A stretch of 64,000 nt of DNA from Isurus oxyrinchus (GCA_026770705.1 JANJGN010000005.1:121706001-121770000), one strand, 5' to 3'. Positions 11,606 through 24,307 are shown, counted from the first letter of the stretch. Numbers and translations: made by a program. The notes: generated from the sequence alone by a model not told the origin.

Positions 11606-12110
11606 ATAAAAACAAAATACTGCAGATGCTGGAAATCTGAAGCAAAAACAGAAAATGCTAGAAAAACTCAGCAGATCTAGCAGCATCTGTGGAGAGTGAA
11701 ACAGAGTTAACGTTTCGAGTCCTTGTGACCCTTCAGCTCTTAAGATAGTTATACTGTTTAAGAGGGGTCGAGCAGGTGAAGCTGAATAGATGGCCAGCGA
11801 TACATGGAGAGAAAGGAGAGATTGACAAATATGTCATGAACAAAAGGATAGATGGAGTGTTAATGGTAGTGATAAGGGCTAAAAAAGGTGCTGATTGTGG
11901 CGTAAAGGTAAGAAAGCAGAATGTGATAATAGCAGAACAAGGGTAGCATTGTGTGAAAGAACAATATGGAACAAGTAACAGATGGCCCTATTGGGGATGG
12001 GGTGGTGGGGAAGAAAAGGATAGAAAATGGGATAGAAGGGGGAATAAAAAAGGGATAAAACCATGGATAAATAAATAAAAGTAAGTGGATAAAAAATAAA
12101 AATGAAATAA
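11606..12110 (-). mobile_element. Older Penelope-like 3' UTR/pLTR fragment with damaged hammerhead
   Basis: CAGATGCTGGAAATCTGAAGCAAAAACAGAAAATGCTAGAAAAACTCAGCAG...GTTAACGTTTCGAGTCC is homologous to the other PLE tails; the core CUGANGA is partly deleted. Confidence 0.75.
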
Positions 12111-13039
12111 GACCCCTCTGCACTTACCTGACCCTCTCTGGGTTCTGGCACTTAGAGTAGCAGGACTGCTTATTGTCCCAGAAGTGGCCACCACTCCCGG
12201 TAGTGTTGCTGACGGCCTATCAGGTGGCTGGCAGCCTTGTGAGGCAGGACTTTATCCCGAATGAGGGCCAGGAGTCTCACCTCTGATCAATTAGTGCTCA
12301 TGGCTGTGGAACAGCTGGCATCAGCAGGAATATGTGCTTTGCTGACTCTTGGGGTGGCGGGATGTGAAACACCACCATCCATAAAATCCAGTGCCAGGAG
12401 ATGACAAGATTTAGGAGGTGGCCATGAATATGCTTGGCAGCATCTTTATGAAGACAAAAGTTTGAAGAGAGCAGGAGGGCATGTAAGTTTGAAGGAGACA
12501 GAGTAAGGGCAGTTGAGGTGAAGACTGAAATGACCAAAGTTAAGTTATTATTTGGGCCAGAGGCTGAGGGAAGGAAAAAGAGAGCATCCTCAGGGAGGAA
12601 CATTAGGTGCAATTTGGATAAATTATGAGCATTTTAAAGGAGCAGAGGGTAATTGAGGACTACGAGGAAGAGAACACTGTGTGATAGTAATGCAGGTACA
12701 GGATCCCTTATCCAGAATCCCAAGATCTGGAAGGACCCGAAAACAGGCAAATTGAAATTAGCATGCAAATCCTTTTATTCTTTATTTGATTCTCCTCATT
12801 CTGTGATATTTGTTATCTTTGTTTCAGCAAAGACTCTTCTGTACCTCTTCTTCGAGTTGTCCACTTCTTCTTAAGCATAACTGACAGATGGCCTTGTTAA
12901 GGAAGTCTGGGCAGTGTTATTTTTCTTACATATATATAAAAACAAAAAAACTGCAGATGCTGGAAATCCAAAACAAAAACAAAAACAGAATTACCTGGAA
13001 AAACTCAGCAGGTCTGGCAGCATCGGCGGGGAAGAAAAG

Positions 13040-13078
13040 AGTTGACGTTTCGAGTCCTCATGACCCTTCGACAGAACT
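13040..13078 (-). ncRNA. Hammerhead ribozyme motif (CUGUCGA variant)
   Basis: Same motif as 9814-9852, loop II ATGAG. Confidence 0.72.
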
Positions 13079-14520
13079 TGAGTTCGAGTCCAAGAAAGAG
13101 TTGAAATATAAGCTGGTTTAAGGTGTGTGTGTGGGGGGCGGGGAGAGAGAGAGAGAGAGAGAGAGGTGGAGTGGGGGGGTGTGGTTGTAGGGACAAACAA
13201 GCAGTGATAGAAGCAGATCATCAAAAGATGTCAACAACAATGGTACAGAAGAACACATAGGTGTTAAAGTTGGTGATATTATCTAAACGAATGTGCTAAT
13301 TAAGAATGGATGGTAGGGCACTCAAGGTATAGCTCTAGTGGGGGTGTTTTTTTAAAAAAAATAATGGAAATAGGTGGGAAAAGGAAAATCTTTAAAATTT
13401 ATTGGGAAAAAAAAGGAAAGGGGGAACAGAAAGGGGGTGGGGATGGAGGAGGGAGCTCACGACCTAAAGTTGTTGAATTCAATATTCAGTCCGGAAGGCT
13501 GTAAAGTGCCTAGTCGGAATATGAGGTGTTGTTCCTCCAGTTTGCGTTTGGCTTCACTGGAACAATGCAGCAAGCCAAGGGCAGACATGTGGGCAAGAGA
13601 GCAGGGTGGAGTGTTAAAATGGCAAGTGACAGGGAGGTTTGGGTCATTCTTGCAGACAGCCCGCAGGTGTTCTGCAAAGCGGTTGCCCAGTTTACGTTTG
13701 GTCTCTCCAATGTAGAGGAGACCACATTGGGAGCAACGAATGCAGTAGACTAACTTGGGGGAAATGCAAGTGAAATGCTGCTGCAAAACGTTAAAATGTT
13801 CTAGGGAATAATCAAGTGAAGCAGCATTTCACTTGCATTTCCCCCAACTTAGTCTACTGCATTCATTGCTCCCAATGTGGTCTCCTCTACATTGGAGAGA
13901 CCAAATGTAAACTGGGCGACCGCTTTGCAGAACACCTGCGGTCTGTCCGCAAGAATGACCCAAACCTCACTGTCGCTTGCCATTTTAACACTCCACCCTG
14001 CTCTCTTGCCCACATGTCTGTCCTTGGCTTGTTGCATTGTTCCAGTGAAGCCCAACGCAAACTGGAGGAACAACACCTCATCTTCCGACTAGGCACTTTA
14101 CAGCCTTCCGGACTGAATATTGAATTCAACAACTTTAGGTCGTGAGCTCCCTCCCCCATCCCCACCCCTTTCTGTTCCCCCTTTCCTTTTTTTTCCAATA
14201 AATTATAAAGATTTTCCTTTTCCCACCTATTTCCATTATTTTTAAAAAAAACACCCCCACTAGAGCTATACCTTGAGTGCCCTACCATCCATTCTTAATT
14301 AGCACATTCGTTTAGATAATATCACCAACTTTAACTTTAACACCTATGTGTTCTTCTGTACCATTGTTGTTGACATCTTTTGATGATCTGCTTCTATCAC
14401 TGCTTGTTTGTCCCTACAACCACACCCCCCCTCCACCTCTCTCTCTCTCTCTCTCTCCGCCCCCCCCCACACACACCTTAAACCAGCTTATATTTCAACT
14501 CTTTCTTGGACTCGAACTCA

Positions 14521-14559
14521 AGTTCTGTCGAAGGGTCATGAGGACTTGAAACGTCAACT
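14521..14559 (+). ncRNA. Hammerhead ribozyme motif (CUGUCGA variant, stem II C>T)
   Basis: AGTTCTGTCGAAGGGTCATGAGGACTTGAAACGTCAACT. Confidence 0.68.
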
Positions 14560-15723
14560 CTTTTCTTCTCCGCCGATGCTGCCAGACCTGCTGAGTTTTT
14601 CCAGGTAATTCTGTTTTTATTTCTCTTACAGTTGGCAACGCCGGTTATATCGGAGATGTCAGGAAAGTACTGGGAGAATGCATCTGGATAGCTCTCTGAC
14701 TTCATCCCATCGCTGGTCACATTTCCCAGGGACAGCTGGGGAGTAGGAGGAGGAACCTTCAGGCCAGTGGCAGGTATCCAATTCAGGCTGTTAAGGGGGT
14801 CATTAACTGTGATTTTGTGCAGAGCTTTGAATGTTGTAGGAGACGCACAGGTCTTGTGGAGCTTCAGCTCATCAACTATAATGAGGTGAGAGCACAATAG
14901 CGGGAGGCTGTTGTTTGTTACTTTATTTTTTCATAGTTTATTTTATTTCATGTATTATAAGCATTTTATGTATTGTAAGTAGAGGACTCAAAATCTGTAA
15001 AATCCCCAAATCCGGCACACATCCAGTCCGGAGCTTCCTAGATATGGGGTCCAGTGCCTGTGTGAATTTTGATGCTCGTGTGATGGTACAAGGGGAAGCT
15101 TCCAGGAAGGAGAAAGGTGTTTCCGCTAGTGAGTGACATTTCAATAAATATCAGTACATCAACTTAGTCATACACAATTATGTCATAAATGGTGAGTGAG
15201 TAGATATTCTGGGGGGAAATGCCGAGAGTGATAGATTTGTTGATCTGTTGACAGAAGCCAGGGAGATGGTAGTTAATGAGTTGAGTAGAATGGGAAGGAG
15301 ATTATTTTAGTCAAGCGCATATCTTAACTTCATCAAAATTGCAACATGGCTACTGGCTTAGCCACTTAATCACTGTATTTGACATGTGGGGTTGCTTGAG
15401 TTAACAGAGATTTATGCCAGGGTAAGCCTGGCAGACAATGCTGAGTTACAGAGAGGGTAGCCATGGCTTTTGCAAGGGTTTAAAAACCTGATGGTAGAAT
15501 AGAAGCTACTTTATAGAGTAATGATGGTTGAAATAGAGATTGGTGAAGGGACTACCTGAGGAGGGGAGATGAAATGTTGATGTGACTGGGTGAGAAGAGA
15601 TCTGGGTCCAAAATGAGCTGTAAAAAGGGAGATAGAAGTACTGGTCTTGGATCTGGAGTGGCTGCTAAAATGCATAGGCATGAAGGGTTCTATCTGCATG
15701 GCAGAGATTACACAAAACATGTA

Positions 15724-18700
15724 AGACAGGATTTTAACTCAGGACCCTTTTCCCTGACCGGAATCTTCTTGTAGCATTGAGTGTCCCGATCGTGGGACTG
15801 TACAGGACTTCTGCTCTTTGGCGGAACGGCTGGCCACACACAACGGTGCAGCAGGCAGCCAATTAGATATTAATGGACGAGGTGCCTAGCCACTTGTGCG
15901 ATGGGCCCGGGTAGGAAGTTAACAATTTCACCGTTACCTCATGGGATTGAAGGTCTTGGTGCCATATTTAAAGGACACATGGACTGGCATTTATGAGGGC
16001 AATAACTTGGGGAGGGTGTCCCAGAAATTAGATTCCTGACCCCCGTAGAACAGGAGTCTGCAGAAATGGCAGGGGAGTCAGAAATCTGGAGTGCAAAGGG
16101 ACTAATTCAGAAATCTGGAGTGCAAAGGGACTTGGGAGTCCTAGTCCAGGATTCTCTTAAGGTTAACTTGCAGGTTGGGTCGGTTGTTAGGAAGGCAAAT
16201 GCAATGTTGGCATTTATTTCGAGAGGACTAGAATATAAAAGCAGGAATGTGCTGCTGAGGCTTTATAAGGCTCTGGTTAGACCACATTTAGAATATTGTG
16301 AGCAATTTTGGGCCCCGTATCTCAGGAAGTATGTGCTCGCTCTGGAGAGGGTCCAGAGGAGGTTCACGAGAACGATCCCAGGAATGAAAGGCTTAACATG
16401 GGAGGAACATTTGAGGACTCTGGGTCTATACTCGATGGAGTTTAGAAGGATGAGGGGGGATTTGATTGAAACTTACAGAATACTGAAAGGCCTGGATAGA
16501 ATGGACGTGGGGAAGATGTTTCCATTAGTAGGAGAGACTAGGACCTGAGGGCACAGCCTCAGAGTAAAGGGAAGACCTTTTAGAACAGAGATGTGGAGAA
16601 ACTTCTTTAGCCAGAGAGTGGTGAATCTATGGAATTCATTGCCACAGAAGGCTGTGGAGGCCAGGTCATTGAGTGTATTTAAGAGCGAGATAGATAGGTT
16701 CTTGATTGGTAAGGGGATGAAAGGTTACGAGGAGAAGGCGGGAGAATGGGTTTGAGAAACTTATCAGCCATGATTGAATGGCGGAGCAGACTCAATAGGC
16801 TGAATGGCCTAATTTCTGCTCCTATGTCTCATGGTCTTATGGGAGGATGGTTGTTGATCATGTGCGGTCAGAGAGGCATCAGAGTGAAGATGTCTCCAGC
16901 CTGATATTCAGAACTGGGCATACAGGATACAGACATGATATCTTGATGGGGAAAGAGAACTTGCATAACCGTCAGCTAATTCTTTGTGTTCTCCACTACA
17001 GGTACTCACAGTCACAACAGACGGCGAAAGCAGCCTGTAGCAAGCCCGACCTCCACCTCTGCAGATGATGAAATGAACCAGTCAGGGGATGCACTGTCAT
17101 GTCATTCCCCTGCATCCTCCACCAGGGCAGAGACATTCACCTCAGTGGTTACACTTTTGAGATTATACTCAGTGTCACAGTCTGATGATCACATCATAGA
17201 CACACCCTTGCAGTTGATGAAGAATCTGACAGCTGAAGTCCCTGACAATCAGAGGATTGTTGGAGACCAGGGCCATTCTGATCCCCATGCAGGAACCTGT
17301 TGGAGATGCAGAGATAGGCAGGGGAACATCTGGCAGGTTTGCCAGAGGCCATATACAGCCTTGAGCTAAAGTTGGAGGAGTCCACCCAAGTCTTGAGTGC
17401 TGATATGGCTCTGCCATGTGAGCATATGACATCCTCCTTGAAGAGGTTGGCAACCACCATGGGGAACCAGGTCCAGGAGAACACTCAGTAGCTGCTGGTT
17501 ATGCACTGGAACCTGTATTCAGTCACACTGGCCATGGGCTGCATACAGCATTGGCTAGGCGAGAGGTACGAGCACTTTGATCTCTCTCCAGGTGCATCTG
17601 TTCCTCCTGGAGTCAGGGAGGTGCCATCGGGTACCAAGGAGCACCAGCAAGTCACCCTGAGAACACCATCTTAGGGCGCCATAAGGGTGTGCTATCACCG
17701 CTCCTCCTCTCTGCTAGTGTTCTCATCGCCTCCAGCAGGTGAGGTTGAAGAGGATGCAATTGCACTTGTGCAGAAAATTCTCAGCAGGCTGGAGCCCTCT
17801 AGGCCTCAGACTGTAAGAGAAGTGCAGCCAAAGTCAACTCAGGCAACAGTGTGTAGCGTTCATTAGGCTGCCTCCAGTTCAGCTGCAGATGTCGGGGTTG
17901 CACCAAGACATAGTGTTAGGAAACGTAAGATGACAAAATTGTAAAGGCACAAAGGTGGCAGGGGTGCCTATTCATTCTATGGATATTATAAGTCATGTGT
18001 TAACATGTGGTTTAGATCAATTTATTCATGTGCATTTAATGGTCATTTTGTTGGGAGTTGCTCGTCCTGATGGGTGTATCTAAGGGTATGACACTTCAAT
18101 GATTCTCATTGATGTTTGATGTGGGCTTCTGCAAGGTTGTGTAGGTGTAGCAGGCCACAGTGAACCTGGATACTCTCTGTGGCATGCACTGCAGCGCTCC
18201 AGCTGAGCAGCCCAGGTAGTGGAACTTCATCTTCAGCGTTCCAGTGGTCTGTTCTATTGTTGCCCTTGTTGAGGCATGGGCAGCATTATAGCTTTCTTCT
18301 GCTGGGCTTTAGGGGTTCTGCACAGGTATCTTGAGCCAGGCCTTCCGAGGATATCCCCAGGAGCCACCCCTGCAGTTGCTGAGGGTGAGCAAACAGTTGT
18401 GGCACCTGAGACTGAGTGAGAAATTAAGAGTCATGAGAGCTCCTTGGGAATGGAGCACAGATCTGCAAGATTTGTTTGCGGTGATCACAGACCAGCTGCA
18501 CATTGAGAGAGTGAAAACCTTTTCAGTTTATGAAGGCCGCTGGCTGATCCAGGGAGTTAGTAGCCCAACAGGTGTGCAGTCAATTGCCCCTTTTACCTGT
18601 GGAAATTCAGCCATGGCACCAAACCCCACAGCTCTTGCTGCTTGGCTCTTCGGGTCTGTGGTGAATCTCACAAATTCATTGGCTCTTCTGAACAGGACAT

Positions 18701-20032
18701 TGGTAACCTACTGATGCATTTGTATGTGGCTGACTGCGAGATGGCACGCGTCCCCAGTGGAATGATCCGGTAGCGTAGAAATTCAACGCCATGGTTACCT
18801 TTAAAGCTACTGGCATTGGATTGCTACCCAGTCCACAGGAACTTAGATCACCCGGAAGCAGCTGACTTGGTGAAAATCCCTGGACATCCCTGGCTGTTTC
18901 TGACATTACTCACTGACGTTTGCAGGTAGTTTGTTTGCATGTGGTATATTTGATTATGCGCCAATACTTGGCATCTCACGAGACCCCTGGTTGCCATCAT
19001 TTGAGTTGCCTGACCCTCTGCTGGTGCCCCTTATTGGAATTCTGGCCATTGTTGCACCTGGCCCTTAAGCACCCTCTGCCGATTCCTCTCCAGAAGCATC
19101 GGAACTAGCAGAAGCACTGGGTGCAGTTGACCCATCTAGTCTGCTTGAGGTGAAATACAGACACAGGGCAGGCAAGGATCTGGTCAACACAGCCTTTAAG
19201 ACCCTCTCTCCTGACCTGAGAACTTTTGACCAATGGGGAGCATTGGCTATGCCCTTATCTCCACCCATACCACCATGGATACCTCCATCCTCGACTTGTA
19301 CTCCGGTGATCTCTTCTTGTAGTTGCAGCCATGTTCCTGGAAGTTCCTACATTGATCCTGGAGCTTGAAACCATCACCCTGCATCCTCCCTCAGTCACCC
19401 TTCCTCCATCACCCTTGACCTGCCTTCTGCTACTCTCAACTCTCAGGGCCTTACCTTTGGCCTTCCCTCTATAATCCTGTATCTCTGCACTTAACTGACC
19501 ATTTGTCGACATTGACCTTCCCTGTGTCATCCAGCTTCCTCCATCTGTCCCACATGAGTCCTCATAGGTTCTCCATGACTCTTCCTCCCTCTGTCAGCCA
19601 TGTCCCGATCCCTTGCGCTGCCACCACCTAATCTCAATACTTGAATCCCTACCCTCTGGTGGTCCAGCAAAACTTCCCATAAAAGAAAAGCAGCTCCTAC
19701 TCAGTCCAAATCCAGCAGGAAGACCACCTTGCCTGCTGCACGCCATCTTTAACCAGTTGTGAATCTGAAAGCATGTGCTTCTCATTCACTGCAGTTAATT
19801 GCTAAGGTACCATTTAATCTGGTGAAATGGTGATTTAATGAGTATGCATGACATGCTAATGCATTACAAATAGGTCTCTGCCGCTTCCTATTGGGAAGCT
19901 TGATCTGTCTTCAGCCCTCTTGGTTCCCTACTTTCATCCCACTGTCAGGAAGTTGATATTTCACTTACCACACAATTATGTGTGCTTACCAACCTCGTTT
20001 CTCGCTACCAGTAGCAGCACAAGATTCTGCCC
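15724..20032. mobile_element. Decayed Harbinger transposon: Myb-like gene remnant on +, transposase remnant on - (about 18150-19150)
   Basis: Minus-strand PMPVALKVTMALNFYATGSF and FPQVKGAIDCT motifs; right end AAGATTCTGCCC; left TIR degenerate. Confidence 0.75.
16078..16840 (+). mobile_element. 5'-truncated CR1 LINE 3' end
   Basis: QRDLGVLV...LYKALVRPHLEYCEQFWAPY...RGDLIETYRIL; CR1-type 3' UTR ending TATGTCTCATGGTCTTATG. Confidence 0.92.
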
Positions 20033-20229
20033 TCTATCTTCTATTTCAAGTATTGAAATGTGAAGATACCTCTTCCAAAAGAGGAAAGCCAGCCTATGGC
20101 AACTCTCTGTTGCCGTCAAAGCTCAGATGGCTGACATCTTGGCCCTGGGAAGGGAACCTTCAAAGTGACACAGCAGTCTTGAACTCTGTTTTTGTGCAGA
20201 GCTGTATAGGGTAAGGTGAATATTGAGTC

Positions 20230-21900
20230 CAGTGGAAAGAATGCCAATTCACTGAACTCTGTCCAGGATGGTGTTGAGCTTCTTGAGCATTGTAGCAACA
20301 GCAGGTGAGTGGTGAGTACTCTATCATGCTAATAAACTATGTGAATTATCTGAAGGCTTTGAGGGGTTAGGAGGTGAGCCACTCATTGCAAACTACTTAG
20401 CCCCTGTCTTGTTCTTGCAACCATGGTGTTAATATAGCTAGTCCAGTTCAGCCTCTGGTCAATAGTGACCACTAAGGTATTGATTATGGGACACTAGGCG
20501 ATGGTGGTTGAACGTCAGGAGACGGTGCCTAGGCCTTCTTTTGTTTGAGATGCTTTATTACCTGACACTTAACATTATGTGAATGTCACCTTTCACTTGT
20601 GAGTCCAAACCTGGATATATGCCAGGAAGTGCTGTAGGTTTATATGGGCTGTTTTTTTTTTAACTGAATGAAGCTGAATGCTGTGGAGTCGGGAACAGTC
20701 CCAGTCTTAACTTTATGACAACAAGAATATCATTGATGAAGCAGCTGTAGATGGTTAGGCTGAGATGATTCACTGAGGAACCCCTACAATGATGACTTAG
20801 GGCTGTGATTATTGTCTTCTGACAGCCACAGTTGCCTTTCCTCATGAAAAATCCAGCCACTGAATGGTTTTCTTACTGATCACCATAGAGTTCAGTTTTG
20901 TTAATGATGCTCAGGGCCATAATTGGTCGAAAGCTGCTTTAATGTCAAGAGTCAAGCTATCCTCACCTCTCATCAGGCATTTCACTGTTACATCCATGTC
21001 TATAGTAAGGCTGTGATGATTCGGAGCAGAGAGACCCTGGGAGAAACCTAACTGAGTGTTGATGATCAGGTTATTGGTAAGTAGGTATAACTTGATGCTA
21101 CTATCGATGGTTCCTTTAACTACCTTTACAATAATTGATTAAGGGCTAATAGAGAAGTAATTTGCTGAATTATATTTGTTTTGTTTCTTGTGGATAGAGC
21201 ATATTAATCACTCAAGTTTTGGCTGATGACTGTCAGAGCTGCACTGGCACAACAACCAGGAAGTTATCAAAGCCTTGCTGTATCTGTTGCATTCAACTGC
21301 TTTTTAAAATCTCATGGAGTGAACCAAATTGGTTATACATTGTAACTAAGTTACAGGCAATCTTGTCCATTCAGCATTTTTCGCAGACACTTGTAAATAC
21401 TTCAGCTTTGTATCTTTCATTCATCTGCCTAGTTTCTCCATAGTTGAAGATGGACATTTCAAGGGTCTTCCGCTCCCAGTAGTTACCATATTTTCCATCA
21501 CCATTCTCGATTGGATTTGGTCAGGCTACAGAGCTTTGCCATGATCCATTGATGATTGAACTGCATGACTTGCTGAGTTTGGTACTTAGCGTGCAAATAG
21601 CCGTATGTAGTACCTCATTTTAAGTTGACCCTGATGCTGGTCCTGGCATGCCATTCTACACTTTACACAGAACCAGGGGTACTCTCCTGGCCTGATGGTG
21701 AGGTCTGAGGGATATGTTGGGCCATAAAATTATGACAGTGTGCAATTATTCTAATATCCTATGGCACCTCCAGTTTCTAGATCTGCTGTTCATCTACCCT
21801 ATGTAGCACAGCAGTAGTGCTGCAGTACATGGTAGACAATTTACTCCATGTAGTGGTGAGATTTTATTTTCATGTAGGACTGTGGAATGATTATGCTCCA
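20230..21900 (-). mobile_element. Old CR1/L2-group LINE fragment (same family as 54680-55820)
   Basis: Patchy nucleotide similarity to 55100-55800 (e.g. TCCAGGATGGTGTTGAGCTTCTTGAG, GCTGCTTTAATGTCAAG). Confidence 0.65.
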
Positions 21901-22261
21901 CCTGTAGACAGGCAGGTTGGTGGTTTTAGCCCTTTTGATGATTTGGTGCATTCAAGTTAGGGTGGCACGTATTAGTATTCTTTGAGTCCAAGAATCTCTA
22001 GTTTTCCTTAACTATAGACAGAAAATCTATATGAGACTTAGTCAGAAGATATGAAGAGAAACCTTCTGACTTTAAGGGGATAATTTTGATTTTGGGTGAT
22101 ATTGAATCAGCAGCCTGTTTTCAGTGCTGTCAATGTAAGTGAAAATCGTGAGAGATGTGAAACAGGTTGCTGATTTGCTGTCGCGCAAAGTCAGAATTAC
22201 CCCATTGTAGTTAAAGTTTAACTAGACAGCATCCCTTCAAGTTATTTTCCTCAGATTCTTA

Positions 22262-24307
22262 CTAAAAAAAGACTTACATTTATATAGCACCCTTCATAAA
22301 CTCAGGGCATCCCAAAGTGCTATACAGCTAATGAAGTACTTTTTAAAGTCACTATTGTAATACAGGAATTGTAGCAGCCAATTTGCAAACTAGTATAAGG
22401 ATCTGGCATGTGTAGGGTTAACGTGGGACTGAGTACAGTACCACCCACACAGTGATGTAAGAGGAGAAAATAAACCGTGGTACAAAGGGAACCCTACTCT
22501 CCAGTTACACAGAAACGGAGACAATCCAGGCAAGGGAAGCAATACCCTAACTGACCAGTAGAGTGACCATCCCAGTGCTGTGGAACAAAGTGCTCCCACA
22601 GGCAAGCTCAGTGCCCTGCCATTTCAGCCCAATGCTTCCAATGTATCAGAATTGCCAAAATATCTAAATGCACAGAAGACCCAAAGATGATTCATGAGAT
22701 CGAGACTGCACACCAAAAGGACTTACAGCTATGCTTCTTGGGTGAGGTCAAAGATCCTGGATTTTTGTATTGGAATGCAGATATTTCAGCTAATGGCCAT
22801 CTCGCAAACTTTAAATTGGATACGGGAGCCAGTGCTATGGTCCGATTGGACAAAGAACTGTGGTCGAAAGATCTTGACCTCGATCAACAGACACAGGACT
22901 CTATGGGCCTGAACATGATTTCTGGTCATAGGCATGATTCTGGAACCACTAAGGTATGGCAGTAAACAAATCTTTGTGCTGCTGTACGTCATCCGTAACC
23001 AGCCTTTTTCTTTCTTGAGCAGAGATGCCTGTGTAGCCCAGAATCTCCTCAAAACAGCAGAATATGTCAAGACAACACAGTCGTAAATTAAACAGAACTG
23101 AAAGTTCCTGAGAACTCAAACAAGAAAGAATGTCCTGACTGGGACTTCCGCTCTGAACTGTGTACTCTCTTTGAAGAGCAGGTTTTGTTCATTTCCTTTA
23201 TGGGTGCCAGAAAACCCTTGTGGTCAGACCGCTCAGATGGTTATCATGATGCCTTCAATGGAGGATAGACAAGAAAGCAACCAACAACCAGAAGAGCCTC
23301 AATCTCCGGTTCCGACGGCTGTTGATGAAGTCAACACTGAGACCACAGAGTAAACACTGCAACTCCAGCCAGCATGACAGTGCCACAAATGATGCTGGAA
23401 TCAAGTAGCAGCTGCCCATTGCCAACAGCACACCACACAGCCTAACACAACTGTGAGCTTACTGAAAAACCACATCCTCATAACAAGAAAGGCCATCTTC
23501 TGTCAGTGAGGACATCACGACGACCCACACAATGAAAGTAAATGAGGAAAAAATAAGATGGAGATGAGCACAATGATGGTATGCTTCGGAAAAAATGGGA
23601 TAGAATAACAACCACCTAACGCCACAGCTGCTGAACCAACAAAGAGCTGTTCAATACCAAGGAAAGAAAAAAGAGGATAAAAAGGTATCCAGATGTCAGA
23701 ACAACCTCCAAATTAACAGAGCCTACCTGCAATGACAGAGACTACTACTCCTCCGATAGTAGTGCAATCGAGATTTGGAAGTGTCGAAAGGCCTCCAGAC
23801 CACCTGAACCTATGAACTCAGAGACTTGAAGGAGGGAGATGGGGTTGTAATTCCGATGTAAATACATGAGGTAAAGTAGAATAATTTGAAGTACTTTGGA
23901 TAAAGACTTTTGGGGTGGGGGGGGGCAGTGTATTATAAGGGTCTAGCACATAAAGGATTAACATGGGACTGAGTACAGTACCACCCACACAGTGATGCAA
24001 GCGAATACATGACCCGCACTTAGGGGTCAGTCCAGTGCTGGACAGAGCCGTGTGCATAAGCAAGCATGGAGACAGCTCCTAGCTTGAACCCTTTGCAGCA
24101 TATGTGTACATAGTTTTTGTAGTTAATGACTACATGCACTTAAGAATGCGATGACTTCATTAAGACTTACTGAACAGTATCCAAACCTCTACAAACAACA
24201 GCGTTCCACAAACAACAGTGGCATAATGAATAATCGGTTTTAATGATAATGGTTAAGGGATAAATACTGGTCAGGACACCAGGGAGAACTCCCTGCACTT
24301 TTCAAAT
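22262..24307 (-). mobile_element. Deu-domain SINE split by an LTR element (SINE parts 22262-22390 and about 24194-24307)
   Basis: Both halves are reverse-complement matches to the SINE at 29020-30113. Confidence 0.75.
22391..24193 (+). mobile_element. Internally deleted Ty3/Gypsy-like LTR retrotransposon
   Basis: Partial 5' LTR 22391-22460 matches 3' LTR 23929-24193 (GGGACTGAGTACAGTACCACCCACACAGTGATG); polypurine tract before 23929; protease motif FKLDTGAS in ORF 22687..22965. Confidence 0.85.

Larger units (their letters stand above)
12931..14616. mobile_element. Two-armed inverted Penelope-like insertion (GIY-YIG domain + 3' UTR on each arm; minus arm to 13782, plus arm from 13812)
   Basis: ORFs 13457..13786(-) and 13816..14145(+) both encode the GIY-YIG domain; flanked by TTATTTTTCTTACA (12917-12930) / TTATTTCTCTTACA (14617-14630). 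Confidence 0.92.
12693..15060. mobile_element. Non-autonomous Tc1/pogo (Tigger-like) element hosting the PLE palindrome
   Basis: Imperfect ~23-bp TIRs: CAGGTACAGGATCCCTTATCCAG versus reverse complement of the right end CAGGCACTGGACCCCATATCTAG. Confidence 0.55.

Noticed and set aside
8799-14630. Repeated blocks with spacers resembling a CRISPR array or LTR pair
   Set aside because: Explained by PLE pLTR copies and TSDs; eukaryotic context and no regular repeat-spacer period.
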